Below, piece by piece: positions 1 through 9,366 of a stretch of DNA of 64,000 bases. Below the pieces are notes generated by a model, which had not been told where the DNA came from, did not search any database, and worked only from the letters and a program-made list of their open reading frames with translations. The position numbers and the translations under genes were made by a program. Origin of the DNA: Minisyncoccota bacterium (GTDB taxonomy: Bacteria > Patescibacteriota > Minisyncoccia > Phycocordibacterales > UBA2100); assembly GCA_035559235.1 (NCBI GenBank), contig DATMBM010000010.1:20257-84256 (forward strand), in the 5' to 3' direction. Within the stretch, counting starts at the first letter, position 1, and each line of letters starts with the position of its first letter.

Positions 1-408
1 GTTGAGCGTAAGCAGCGTGAAGCCGACGACCATCGCCGATATGCCCGCCATCTGCGCGAGCGAAATCGAATATCCGAGCGCGACATCGACCGCGAGGAGA
101 AGCGGTATGGTAAGCGTGCGCAGGAACGCGAAGGTGCTCCTGTCGGCGGAGACGACGGCGTGCACGTTGACGATCGCAAGGACGATTTCCAATATGACGC
201 GTGCCGTAAACGTCGGGAGGCTCGCAAGTGAGAATATCCAGTTTCCGGTGTAGATGGCGATGCCGATAAGAAAAAAAGTTGCCCAGAAGGCGTGCAAAAA
301 TCCCATCCGGTACACGCTCTCGTGTTTGCGTTCGATCTCGTATTTGCCGAGTGAGGTACTGACCTCGGCAAAAAGCTGCGCAACGCCGATGAGAACGACG
401 CCAAACAT
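1..408 (-). CDS. Multi-pass membrane protein, EamA/DMT-like; runs off the window start
   Basis: Translated by hand from ATG at 408: MFGVVLIGVAQLFAEVSTSLGK...ADRSTFAFLRTLTIPLLLAVD, open to position 1; hydrophobic helices. Confidence 0.65.
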   Translation of the reverse strand, partial: MFGVVLIGVAQLFAEVSTSLGKYEIERKHESVYRMGFLHAFWATFFLIGIAIYTGNWIFSLASLPTFTARVILEIVLAIVNVHAVVSADRSTFAFLRTLTIPLLLAVDVALGYSISLAQMAGISAMVVGFTLLTLN

Positions 409-409
409 T

Positions 410-769
410 TTATTTCCGTGCCTCGCGGACGCGCTGGAATTCCTTCTGCAACCGATCGAGCTCCTCGTCCGACATCTCTTCAAGGTCGATCATCTCTTCG
501 CGGGCGCCTCGGACGGATTTGATAAGTTCGTCGAGCTTCAGATGCATCGCCCTCGCGTCCCGGTTCTGCGTATTTTGGATAAGGAAGACCATAAGGAACG
601 TGAGGATCGTCGTGCCGGTGTTGATGACGAGTTGCCACGTATCCGAAAAGCCGAACAGGCGCCCGGAGAGCGCCCATACCGCGACGATCACGATCGCGGC
701 GCCGAAGGCCCATGGGGAACCGACGGCATCGCTCGAGACGAGGGCGATTTTGCGAAACAGCTCGCGCAT
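410..769 (-). CDS. Low-affinity iron permease family protein
   Basis: FSDTWQLVINTGTTILTFLMVFLIQNTQNRD...LKLDELI signature; TATACT 7 nt before the ATG. Confidence 0.85.
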   Translation of the reverse strand: MRELFRKIALVSSDAVGSPWAFGAAIVIVAVWALSGRLFGFSDTWQLVINTGTTILTFLMVFLIQNTQNRDARAMHLKLDELIKSVRGAREEMIDLEEMSDEELDRLQKEFQRVREARK

Positions 770-808
770 AGGTAGAAGTATATATCGATTCCGTGCTAGG
801 GTAGGGCG

Positions 809-1468
809 ATGCGCACAGCGGGAGATGTATACGTAAAATACAAGCTTCCCGAGATGTTGCAATTACATCAATTACGTGTCGCCGCAGTGGGGAAGATCAT
901 TGCGGATCGCGTTTTGGGAGTTAACAAGAGAGATATTATTCTGACCGGACTTTTCCATGACATGGGGAATATCCTGAAAATGGATTTGTCAGATACTGGA
1001 CCGCTAGTGCCATTCATGGAAGGGGAATCGGCGTATTGGCGGTCGGTGAAAGCGGAGTTTGAGCGGACATACGGTGTAAATGAGCACGTCGCGAGCATAT
1101 CGATTGGAAGAGAAATCGGACTTTCCGAGGCGGTACTCTCAATGATCAACAATATGCGTTTTACGCGGACGGAGTGGATTTACACTACGGCGCCTATAGA
1201 GATGAAAATTGCAAAGTATGCTGACTTGCGCGTGAGCCCATACGGCATTGTATCCATGCGTGACCGCCTCGAGGAGGCAAGCGTGCGCTATCGTGGGAAA
1301 AGCTTTGATTTCGGAGAGAAATATAATGCAGAACAACGGCAACGCATCAACGCGATATGTGTTGAGCTGGAAGCCTACGTATGTGCCAAGGCGGACATCG
1401 ATCCTAAAGACATTACCGACGCCATCGCCGCGCCTGTTATTGAGCAATTGCGCGACTATCGAGTCTAA
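809..1468 (+). CDS. HD-domain metal-dependent phosphohydrolase
   Basis: H...LFHDMGN...KYADLR motifs. Confidence 0.7.
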   Translation: MRTAGDVYVKYKLPEMLQLHQLRVAAVGKIIADRVLGVNKRDIILTGLFHDMGNILKMDLSDTGPLVPFMEGESAYWRSVKAEFERTYGVNEHVASISIGREIGLSEAVLSMINNMRFTRTEWIYTTAPIEMKIAKYADLRVSPYGIVSMRDRLEEASVRYRGKSFDFGEKYNAEQRQRINAICVELEAYVCAKADIDPKDITDAIAAPVIEQLRDYRV

Positions 1469-1686
1469 AGCCGTCCCAGCTCCTTCAGGTCGCGATCGGG
1501 CAGATAGAGGATGAGGAGGCCGAGCGCGATTCCGCCAAGCGCCGTAATGACATGACTTCCGTTCAGGAAGGTCATGTCGAACCAGTCGAGCGTATACCAA
1601 ATGCCGCGCCAGATGAGGACAATGCCGATGACGACCGAGAGGCTGCGCACGAGGTAGCGAACCGGATGACGTTCAATGAAGCTCAC
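1465..1686 (-). CDS. Small two-TM membrane protein
   Basis: Two hydrophobic helices, LIWRGIW motif; TAAAAT 6 nt before the GTG. Confidence 0.65.
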   Translation of the reverse strand: MSFIERHPVRYLVRSLSVVIGIVLIWRGIWYTLDWFDMTFLNGSHVITALGGIALGLLILYLPDRDLKELGRL

Positions 1687-1733
1687 GCCATGATTTTATC
1701 ATGCAGATGATACATGCTAGTATCGGCTGCAAC

Positions 1734-1806
1734 GCCGACGTAGCTCAGCTGGTAGAGCAGCTCCATGGTAAGGAGCAGGTCGCCGGTTCAATCCCGGCCG
1801 TCGGCT
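1734..1806 (+). tRNA. tRNA-Thr (GGT)
   Basis: GCCGACG acceptor, TAGCTCAGCTGGTAGAGC D arm, GCTCC-ATGGTAA-GGAGC anticodon arm, GGTTCAATCC T loop; no encoded CCA. Confidence 0.95.
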
Positions 1807-2074
1807 CAAGAATCAAACTCAACTGCTTTTTTGGGGCAGAAATTTTGGCGGCGCTCCGCGCCGCGTAGGGGGGGAATGGCATTTCCTAAAGCAATGCGCG
1901 CGTGGATTGAGAGGTTCAATCAGAAGATTTTTGGAGGGAGGGAAGAATTTCTCGCCGGGGGTGTTTTTTATGAAAGGAGTGGGGCGGAAGAGGAGGCGAA
2001 GGCGGATACAATCAAAGACGTCGTGTGATCCTTCTGGTACACTTTCCCTATGGTTGCGCATACTCATGCGATGT

Positions 2075-3055
2075 ATGAAAAATAAAGCAGAGAGCACGCA
2101 AACAACACCATACTGGAAGATCGCGACCGTAGTACTGCTTGCTACAAACCTCATAACAGGCGCGTATGCGGTGATGCGGCAGGAAGTCAACCTCATGCGT
2201 GACGCCCCGTATCCGCTCATTGACCCGACACGAAACTTCATTCCGCAAGATGACTTCATCGTCAACCTTCAGCCCCTGCGCGAGGAGCTGCGCGCGAAGG
2301 CGCGGGAAATTGAAGAAGAGGGCGCGCGCGTCTCGCTCTACCTTGAGTTCCTCAACACCGGCGCGAACATCTCCATCAATCCGGACGTCTACATCTGGCC
2401 GGCGTCTCTCGCCAAAGTGCCGCTTGCAATGGCAGTCATGAAGAAGGTTGAACGCGGCGAGTGGGAGCTCACGGACAAGCTGGTGCTGATGGAGGTTGAC
2501 CGAGACATCCACTCGGGAGATGCGAACGACCCGCTCCTCGAGCACCCCCTCGGCACGCGCTTCACCATTGACGAGCTTCTGAAAGAACTTCTCGCCAACT
2601 CGGACAACACCGCCTACCGCATCCTCCTGCGCAACGTGCACAACGACGACGTGGACGAGGTGATTCAGGAACTCGGTCTCGGGGCCCTCTTTACGCCGGA
2701 GGGGAGGATGTCCGCAAAAGAGTATTCGCGCATCTTGCGCGCGCTCTACACCTCGAGCTTTCTTTCGCGCGAGCACTCGCAGATGCTCCTCTCCTATTTG
2801 GACGAATCTTCGTTTAACGACTTCCTCGCGCGGGAGATACCGCCTGATGTGCCGTTTCCGCACAAGTACGGCGAAAACCTCTCGCTCCGCGTTTTTGCTG
2901 ATTCCGGCATCGTCTATATACCGAAGCGCCCGTACCTTGTGAGCGTCATGGTTGAGTATCCGCCTTCGCGCTCGCAGGAAGAGAGCGCAGCGAAGGCGCG
3001 GGTGTTCATGGGCGCCGTATCGAAGAGCGCGTACGAGTATTTCTCGGCTCAATAA
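2075..3055 (+). CDS. Serine hydrolase, class A beta-lactamase-like fold, N-terminal TM anchor
   Basis: SxxK (ASLAK), SDN and KYG motifs. Confidence 0.85.
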   Translation: MKNKAESTQTTPYWKIATVVLLATNLITGAYAVMRQEVNLMRDAPYPLIDPTRNFIPQDDFIVNLQPLREELRAKAREIEEEGARVSLYLEFLNTGANISINPDVYIWPASLAKVPLAMAVMKKVERGEWELTDKLVLMEVDRDIHSGDANDPLLEHPLGTRFTIDELLKELLANSDNTAYRILLRNVHNDDVDEVIQELGLGALFTPEGRMSAKEYSRILRALYTSSFLSREHSQMLLSYLDESSFNDFLAREIPPDVPFPHKYGENLSLRVFADSGIVYIPKRPYLVSVMVEYPPSRSQEESAAKARVFMGAVSKSAYEYFSAQ

Positions 3056-3058
3056 TGT

Positions 3059-5596
3059 ATGAAGCGACTCCGAAAAATCACGAACAGCATCGTCAGTTCG
3101 GCGCTCATAACGCTTATCGTGTTCACGAACATTCCGCTCGGTCTTTTTGAGTACGCGGCGCAGAAGCTTGCCGACCGCGACGTCGTGGACGCGCTCTATC
3201 TCGCCGAACACGACCGTTCGGTCGTGGACCGCATGCGCCTTCCCCGCGCCGAGGCGGCCGTCACGCCGACCGGCGTTCTTGGATTTTCCGAAACGGCGGC
3301 GAATGACAACATGCAGTTCCTCTCCTACACCTCCCCTTCAACCTACACCCCCCGCGGCGACTCGGTGGATACGACGACCGTCGTCACCGACATCCAGCAC
3401 ATCAGGGGAGAGATGGCGCCGACGCGCGACGAAATGATATGGGGCCAGCTCGACGAGGACAGAACTCTGCACGTGACGCGCTGTGTCGGCGGCTGCGACG
3501 CCGCCGCCGACTGGTCGGAAGAACTTGAGATAGTAATCGATACCGCCGTGACGTCGGCGATTATCTGCGACGCGACGGCGGGCTCCTGCGAGCGCCCCTA
3601 CGACATCGCCTACGAGCAGCTTGGCGGCAGGGCGGTTGTCTTCTACGGCAAGACCGGGAGCGACGGTGTTATATTTTTCAGGATCTGGAACGGTACGTCG
3701 TGGTCCGGCGAGAGCAGTTTTACCTTCAAGACCACGAATCTTGCCGATACCGAGTGGGTGCGCGCCATCCCCGAAGGCGACAACCTCTCTCCCCGCCGCT
3801 CAAACCGCATTCTCATCATTGTGGAGGACGCGAATGAAGACATCCGCGCGATGATTTATGACAACGGCGCGATCAACGACCTCACGACCATCACCGACAC
3901 ATCGTTCACCTCCGATAACGCGCGCGACTTTGACGGCGCGTGGGAATCGCTCTCCGGTAACGCGCTCGTGGTATGGGGGGAAGGAACGACCGCGGTCACC
4001 AACCCATTCCGCTACAAGAGATACGTCAATAGCACCGACACGTGGGACTCCTCCGCCTCGAACGTCGGCACTGTCTATACCAACACGAACACGGCGCGCT
4101 GGGTGCGCCTTGCCTCCGACCTTCGCTCCGATAGGATAGGGGCGACGTTTGAGGGAAGCGGCGCCGATTACCGGCCCGGCCTCTGGAAAGCGGACGGCTC
4201 CACGGAGGGGTTTACCCTCGGCGTTGAGGACGCCACGACCGAGAGCATCCTCATGAACCAGACGGACGTCGCGTGGGAGCGCTACAACAGCGGCACCGGT
4301 TTCGCGCTCTTCGTGAACACTGACGCAAGCACCGCTGACGTCTCCGACTATCAGACCTTTACGGCAGGCACCGGATTCAATGGCTCTGCAATTGATATGC
4401 CCGGCGCGATGGGGGACGATGGCGCGATGTGGAAAATTTACCCGTCGCCGAACTCCGACGAAGTCATGGCGGTGGGCGTCGAATGGTCCGACGACCTCTG
4501 TTTTCAGAGATGGTCTGGGTCTGCGTGGGACGCGGACTGTACGACGACTGAATATTCAACGACGCTTCCGCCGGATACCGGGGTGGCGCATAACGAAGGA
4601 GCGGCGTTTGATTTCGTCTACCGGTGGTACTCACCGTGGTCGAGGAACTGGCGGTTTTACAGCGGCGCGGACACAGCGAACACACCGACCACGGCGCTTG
4701 CCTCGGAGAACACGGCGCCGACGGGTTTCGACGGCACCGCAGGCAATTTCCGCCTGCGGTTTTCGGTAGCGGAGCTCTCCAACATGGCGCAAACCGATGC
4801 GCGCAAGAAATTGCAGTACACGACGGGCAATCCGGACGATCCTGCCAGTACATGGACCGACGTGGGCGACGTGGGGAGCGGCGCGATATGGCGCTACCGC
4901 GACTGCAACGGCGGCAGTTCTGTCTGCGACGACAACACGACGCTTTCCGGCACCGTTCTATCCGGTTCGCCAACCGCGGGGTGGTGGGTGCAAGATAGCG
5001 ATGCTGCGGGCGGCACCAACATGGACCACTCAGCGCTTCAGGTGCGCGAGCTTGAGTTTTCAGTTGAAGCCAACGGTGCCGCCGCTGGGACCACGTACTA
5101 CTTCCGCATGTACGACACCGACATTCAGACGCCCGTCTTCCGCGAGCAGGACAACGATGGCTCGAACGACTGCGCGACGGCGGCATGTACGTACCCAAGT
5201 CTGACCACTGCCTCTGCTGCCGCCCCGACGGTAACGACCGGCTATGCGTCGAATATAAACGTGACGACGGCAACCTTGAACGGAACAATAGATAGCGGTT
5301 CAAGCATTACGCAACATGGATTTGCATATTCCACCAGCCCAACGCTTTCGACAGGTGTCTCTACCACAACGCTTGGTTCGGGTTCCATTGGTCCTTTCGG
5401 CCAAGGAATCTCCTCGCTTTCGGCTGACACAACGTATTACTTTCGCGCCTATGCAACCAACAGTGGCGGCACAGGGTTTGGCGAAATCCGCAGTTTCTTT
5501 ACCGGCAATGGAAGCATAACCCGGACGTTGCATCTTTTTGAAGGTGCGAAGGTGCACTTCACGAATGGGCGAATTATTCTATATCAGAATCAGTAG
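3059..5596 (+). CDS. Large secreted/surface protein with a C-terminal Fn3-like module
   Basis: 845 aa; N-terminal hydrophobic segment, Thr/Ser/Gly/Asp-rich beta-type sequence, TTYYFRAYATNSGG. Confidence 0.75.
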   Translation: MKRLRKITNSIVSSALITLIVFTNIPLGLFEYAAQKLADRDVVDALYLAEHDRSVVDRMRLPRAEAAVTPTGVLGFSETAANDNMQFLSYTSPSTYTPRGDSVDTTTVVTDIQHIRGEMAPTRDEMIWGQLDEDRTLHVTRCVGGCDAAADWSEELEIVIDTAVTSAIICDATAGSCERPYDIAYEQLGGRAVVFYGKTGSDGVIFFRIWNGTSWSGESSFTFKTTNLADTEWVRAIPEGDNLSPRRSNRILIIVEDANEDIRAMIYDNGAINDLTTITDTSFTSDNARDFDGAWESLSGNALVVWGEGTTAVTNPFRYKRYVNSTDTWDSSASNVGTVYTNTNTARWVRLASDLRSDRIGATFEGSGADYRPGLWKADGSTEGFTLGVEDATTESILMNQTDVAWERYNSGTGFALFVNTDASTADVSDYQTFTAGTGFNGSAIDMPGAMGDDGAMWKIYPSPNSDEVMAVGVEWSDDLCFQRWSGSAWDADCTTTEYSTTLPPDTGVAHNEGAAFDFVYRWYSPWSRNWRFYSGADTANTPTTALASENTAPTGFDGTAGNFRLRFSVAELSNMAQTDARKKLQYTTGNPDDPASTWTDVGDVGSGAIWRYRDCNGGSSVCDDNTTLSGTVLSGSPTAGWWVQDSDAAGGTNMDHSALQVRELEFSVEANGAAAGTTYYFRMYDTDIQTPVFREQDNDGSNDCATAACTYPSLTTASAAAPTVTTGYASNINVTTATLNGTIDSGSSITQHGFAYSTSPTLSTGVSTTTLGSGSIGPFGQGISSLSADTTYYFRAYATNSGGTGFGEIRSFFTGNGSITRTLHLFEGAKVHFTNGRIILYQNQ

Positions 5597-5597
5597 T

Positions 5598-6152
5598 ATG
5601 GCGCGATTGCTCGCTAGTGTTGCTGTGCTTGTGAGCACGGCGCTTCTCGGGGCGTATGTATACCATTCCACGTCGTCGTCCACATTCTTGACGACACGTG
5701 ACGCAAAGGAGGGTGCGACTATGCCGACTCTTGATGAAAGATTGCCTCCGCAGGGGTGGCTTTTGTATACGAATGAGAGGTATGGATTTTCACTTTTTTT
5801 TCCCGAGTATCTCTCGGTAAAAGAAAGAGATCACGGACAAAACTCAATGACAATCACTTTTGAGAATGTGGAGAGAGGAGAGGGATTTGAGATTTTCGTG
5901 GTGCCTTACATAGATGCGCACGTCAGTGAAGCGCGGTTTCGACAGGACGTCCCTTCGGGAGTGCGAGAAAACCCCGTTGACGTTATGGTTCACAACGTTC
6001 CTGCTGTCGCTTTTTTCAGCAAACATGACATTGGGGAAACCGCGGAGGTGTGGTTTGTCTATCGGGGTCATCTGTATGAAGTGGCAACGCTCAAGGAGCA
6101 CTCCGTATGGCTTGGCAACATTTTGCAAAGCTGGCAGTTTACGCAATACTGA
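5598..6152 (+). CDS. Membrane-anchored exported protein, PsbP-like
   Basis: N-terminal TM; W..YTNERYGFSLFFP and ILQSWQF patterns. Confidence 0.6.
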   Translation: MARLLASVAVLVSTALLGAYVYHSTSSSTFLTTRDAKEGATMPTLDERLPPQGWLLYTNERYGFSLFFPEYLSVKERDHGQNSMTITFENVERGEGFEIFVVPYIDAHVSEARFRQDVPSGVRENPVDVMVHNVPAVAFFSKHDIGETAEVWFVYRGHLYEVATLKEHSVWLGNILQSWQFTQY

Positions 6153-6354
6153 CCACAACCGATGATATTCTGGAGATAAAGGAGTAGGTGGGATGAGAAG
6201 AAAAGTCCCACCGATGACGCGTTGCCAAAGCAGCATTTGAGTTCTTACGCAATCGGATCGTACGATGCTGGTGCCGCTTACAGCGCGCGCGGCGCGTGTG
6301 AAGTCGATCATTGAGTTAGCTAAAATAGATTCGAGCATGTATTAATAGAGACTT

Positions 6355-6672
6355 ATGAAGGCACTCAAGGTGTTTGTTACGGTTCCTCGGGAGCATGCGG
6401 ATGCTGTCCGCACGGCGATTGGAGACGCGGGCGGCGGACAGATTGGAAACTACTCGTTTTGTTCATTTAGTGTTGTCGGCATTGGGCGATTCAAACCTGA
6501 ACGCGGAGCGCATCCGTCCATCGGGGAGGTTGGCTCACTCGTGGCAGTTGAAGAGGAAAAAATAGAGTTTGTCTGTGATCCGGCGCTGCTCGAAGTGGTT
6601 GTCGAAGCGATACGTTCAGTTCATCCGTACGAAGAACCCGCGATAGATGCAATTTCCGTCGAAATATTCTAG
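6355..6672 (+). CDS. YqfO/NIF3 PII-like domain protein
   Basis: AGGGQIGNYSFCSF...G.F.P...HPYEEPA. Confidence 0.85.
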   Translation: MKALKVFVTVPREHADAVRTAIGDAGGGQIGNYSFCSFSVVGIGRFKPERGAHPSIGEVGSLVAVEEEKIEFVCDPALLEVVVEAIRSVHPYEEPAIDAISVEIF

Positions 6673-6683
6673 AATCAGCGCAC

Positions 6684-6756
6684 GCCACCTTAGCTCAGTT
6701 GGTAGAGCACATCTTTCGTAAAGATGGGGTCCCCGGTTCAATCCCGGGAGGTGGCT
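6684..6756 (+). tRNA. tRNA-Thr (CGT)
   Basis: GCCACCT acceptor, CATCT-TTCGTAA-AGATG anticodon arm, GGTTCAATCC; no encoded CCA. Confidence 0.95.
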
Positions 6757-6760
6757 CCCG

Positions 6761-7666
6761 ATGCAAAAAGCAGATATTGAAAAGAAGATTATCGAGATAG
6801 AAGCGGCCATGGCCGCGCCTGATTTCTGGGCCGATAAGGACAAAGCTCAGATCGCGCTCAAGGAATACCAAGACCTCAAGCAAGCGCTTGCCGGAGCAGA
6901 CGGCTACGACAAAGGAGACGCCATCGTCTCAATTGTCTCCGGCGCCGGTGGCGACGACGCGGAAGATTTCTCCCGCATGTTGCTTGAGATGTACCAGAAA
7001 TATGCCGCGTCGCGAGGCTGGAAAGTGTCGATGCTCTCATCAAATCAGAATTCCATGGGTGGTTTTCGCAGCGTTTCGTTCGATGTCGCGGGCGCAGGTT
7101 CCTACGGCGCGCTCAGGCGCGAGGCGGGCGTGCATCGCTTGGTGCGCATGTCGCCCTTTAACGCCGCGGGAAAGCGCCAAACATCTTTTTCGCTCGTTGA
7201 AGTTTTGCCGCGGCTTCCCGATGTCGGAGAGGCGCACATCCCCGAAAGTGAACTCGAAGTGACGGTTGCGCGCTCCGGCGGTCCGGGCGGTCAGAATGTG
7301 AACAAGCGGGATACTGCGGTGCGCATGACGCACAAGCCCTCCGGCCTCACGGTGCACGTGACGAGTGAACGCAGTCAAGCGCAAAACAGGGAGAAAGCAA
7401 TAGAGATGCTTCGCGGCAAACTGTTCCAAATGAAGCAGGAGGCGCAAGAACGCGAATCGCGCGGTCTCTCCGCCGGCGCCTCTACTAAAATCGAATGGGG
7501 CAGCCAGATCCGTTCGTATGTCCTTCATCCGTACCAGCTCGTCAAAGATCATCGTACCGATCATGAGCGTCGTGACGTCGACCGGGTGCTCGAAGGGGAT
7601 ATCCAATCGTTTATCGACGCGGCAGCCGCGTTGACAGAGCGTACGGTGGGGTATAATGGCCACTAA
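6761..7666 (+). CDS. prfB: Peptide chain release factor 2, short form
   Basis: GVHRLVRMSPF (SPF), GGQ and WGSQIRSYVLHPY motifs. Confidence 0.92.
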   Translation: MQKADIEKKIIEIEAAMAAPDFWADKDKAQIALKEYQDLKQALAGADGYDKGDAIVSIVSGAGGDDAEDFSRMLLEMYQKYAASRGWKVSMLSSNQNSMGGFRSVSFDVAGAGSYGALRREAGVHRLVRMSPFNAAGKRQTSFSLVEVLPRLPDVGEAHIPESELEVTVARSGGPGGQNVNKRDTAVRMTHKPSGLTVHVTSERSQAQNREKAIEMLRGKLFQMKQEAQERESRGLSAGASTKIEWGSQIRSYVLHPYQLVKDHRTDHERRDVDRVLEGDIQSFIDAAAALTERTVGYNGH

Positions 7667-7714
7667 GGCTTCCGTTTTTTCCGTCACGGCTGAATGTCTG
7701 ATGCCTTTTTTCTC

Positions 7715-8395
7715 ATGATTTATTTCGATCGCGTGACGAAGCTCTACAACGGCGGCCCACCAGCCGTTGAAGACGTCACGCTTTCGATCGATCCCGGCGA
7801 ATTCGTCTCGATCGTGGGGCACAGCGGCGCGGGTAAGACGACACTCTTGAAAATGCTCTTCGCGGAGATATTCCCGACCGAAGGCAGCGTCTATTTCGGT
7901 TCGCGCGAAATCCCATCGCTCACCGCGCGGGAACTTTTGGAGCTGCGTCGCAATATCGGTACGATTTTCCAGGATTTCCGCCTCTTGCCGACGAAGACCG
8001 TGTACGAAAACGTTGCGTTCGCGATGGAAGTGTCCGGCAAGGACGACGAGGACATTCAGGCCGATGTGCCGCACGTGCTCGAGCTTGTCGGGCTCAGCGA
8101 CAAGATGTGGAATTTCCCGAAGCAGTTGAGCGGCGGCGAGCAGCAGCGCGTCGCTATCGCGCGCGCGATCGTCAACCAGCCCGATGTGCTGATCGCCGAC
8201 GAACCGACGGGGAACCTCGATCCGGTAAACGCGCTCGACGTCGTCGAAATCCTCAAGAAGATTAATAATTTGGGCACGACTGTGCTCCTCACGACGCATA
8301 ATAAAACGGTCGTCGATTCCGTCGGCCGGCGCGTGGTGACGCTCGAAAACGGGCGCGTCGTGCGCGATGTGAAGGAGGGAAAATATCATCTGTAA
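7715..8395 (+). CDS. ftsE: Cell division ATP-binding protein FtsE
   Basis: GHSGAGKTT, IFQDFRLL, LSGGEQQR, ADEPTGNLD; adjacent to ftsX. Confidence 0.92.
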   Translation: MIYFDRVTKLYNGGPPAVEDVTLSIDPGEFVSIVGHSGAGKTTLLKMLFAEIFPTEGSVYFGSREIPSLTARELLELRRNIGTIFQDFRLLPTKTVYENVAFAMEVSGKDDEDIQADVPHVLELVGLSDKMWNFPKQLSGGEQQRVAIARAIVNQPDVLIADEPTGNLDPVNALDVVEILKKINNLGTTVLLTTHNKTVVDSVGRRVVTLENGRVVRDVKEGKYHL

Positions 8396-8400
8396 ACACT

Positions 8401-9324
8401 ATGGCACTGTGGACCACTACCAAACGAATTGCGCGCTACGGCCTGATCGGCTTTATCCGCAACGGTTTCGTCTCGCTCGCGGCGATCGTGATCATGACGA
8501 TCACACTGTTCGTCTCCGGCGTGCTCCTTATTAGCGGCGCCGCCCTACAGGCAACGCTTGAACAGCTCACGAGTAAGGTGGATGTGAACGTGTACTTCAC
8601 GACGACGGCGACCGAAGCGCAGGTTCTCGCAATACAGCGCGAATTGGAGCCGCTGCCGGAAGTCGCGCAGGTGACCTATACGTCGCGCGAGCAAGCGCTC
8701 GCCGAATTCCGCGAACGTCACAAGACCGACGCGTCGACGATCCGGGCCCTCGAGCAGCTCTCTGACAATCCGCTCGGCGCATCGCTCGCGATCCGCGCAA
8801 AAGAGACGTCCCAGTACGAATCGATCGCGCAATTCCTCGCCGCGAAGCAGCAGACTCCGGACGGCGCCATCATCAGCAAGGTGAATTTCTACCAAAACCG
8901 GACCGCGATTGAGCGCCTCACCTCGATCATCCAAACGGCACGTACGATTAGCGCCGTCGTCGCCCTCTTTCTGGCTGGGGCATCCGTCCTTATCGCGTTC
9001 AACACGATCCGCCTTGCGATTTACACGGCGCGCGACGAAATCGGCGTCATGAATCTCGTTGGCGCTTCGCATTGGTACGTTCGCGGGCCGTTTGTTATTG
9101 CCGGCATCCTCTACGGGGTTATCTCCGGCATCATCGTGCTCGCCGTCCTGTATCCACTTACCGCGTGGATCGGTCCCGCGTCGGAGCGCTTCTTCGGGAC
9201 CTTCAACGTATTCGACTATTACACGGGGAATTTCGCGTTCCTTTTCCTCGCGATCATGGGAACCGGCATCATTTTAGGCGCAATTTCGAGCTTTTTGGCG
9301 GTCAGACGCTATCTCCACACCTAA
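8401..9324 (+). CDS. ftsX: Cell division permease FtsX
   Basis: NTIRLAIY..RDEIGVMNLVGA..WYVRGPF; four-TM layout. Confidence 0.9.
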   Translation: MALWTTTKRIARYGLIGFIRNGFVSLAAIVIMTITLFVSGVLLISGAALQATLEQLTSKVDVNVYFTTTATEAQVLAIQRELEPLPEVAQVTYTSREQALAEFRERHKTDASTIRALEQLSDNPLGASLAIRAKETSQYESIAQFLAAKQQTPDGAIISKVNFYQNRTAIERLTSIIQTARTISAVVALFLAGASVLIAFNTIRLAIYTARDEIGVMNLVGASHWYVRGPFVIAGILYGVISGIIVLAVLYPLTAWIGPASERFFGTFNVFDYYTGNFAFLFLAIMGTGIILGAISSFLAVRRYLHT

Positions 9325-9366
9325 TCGGGACTTGACCCCTCGGCCGCAGTGCTACTATCAAGACTC

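Noticed and set aside
4560-4585. LPPDTG as a sortase signal in the 845-aa protein
   Set aside because: It is internal, has the wrong spacing and is not followed by a TM helix
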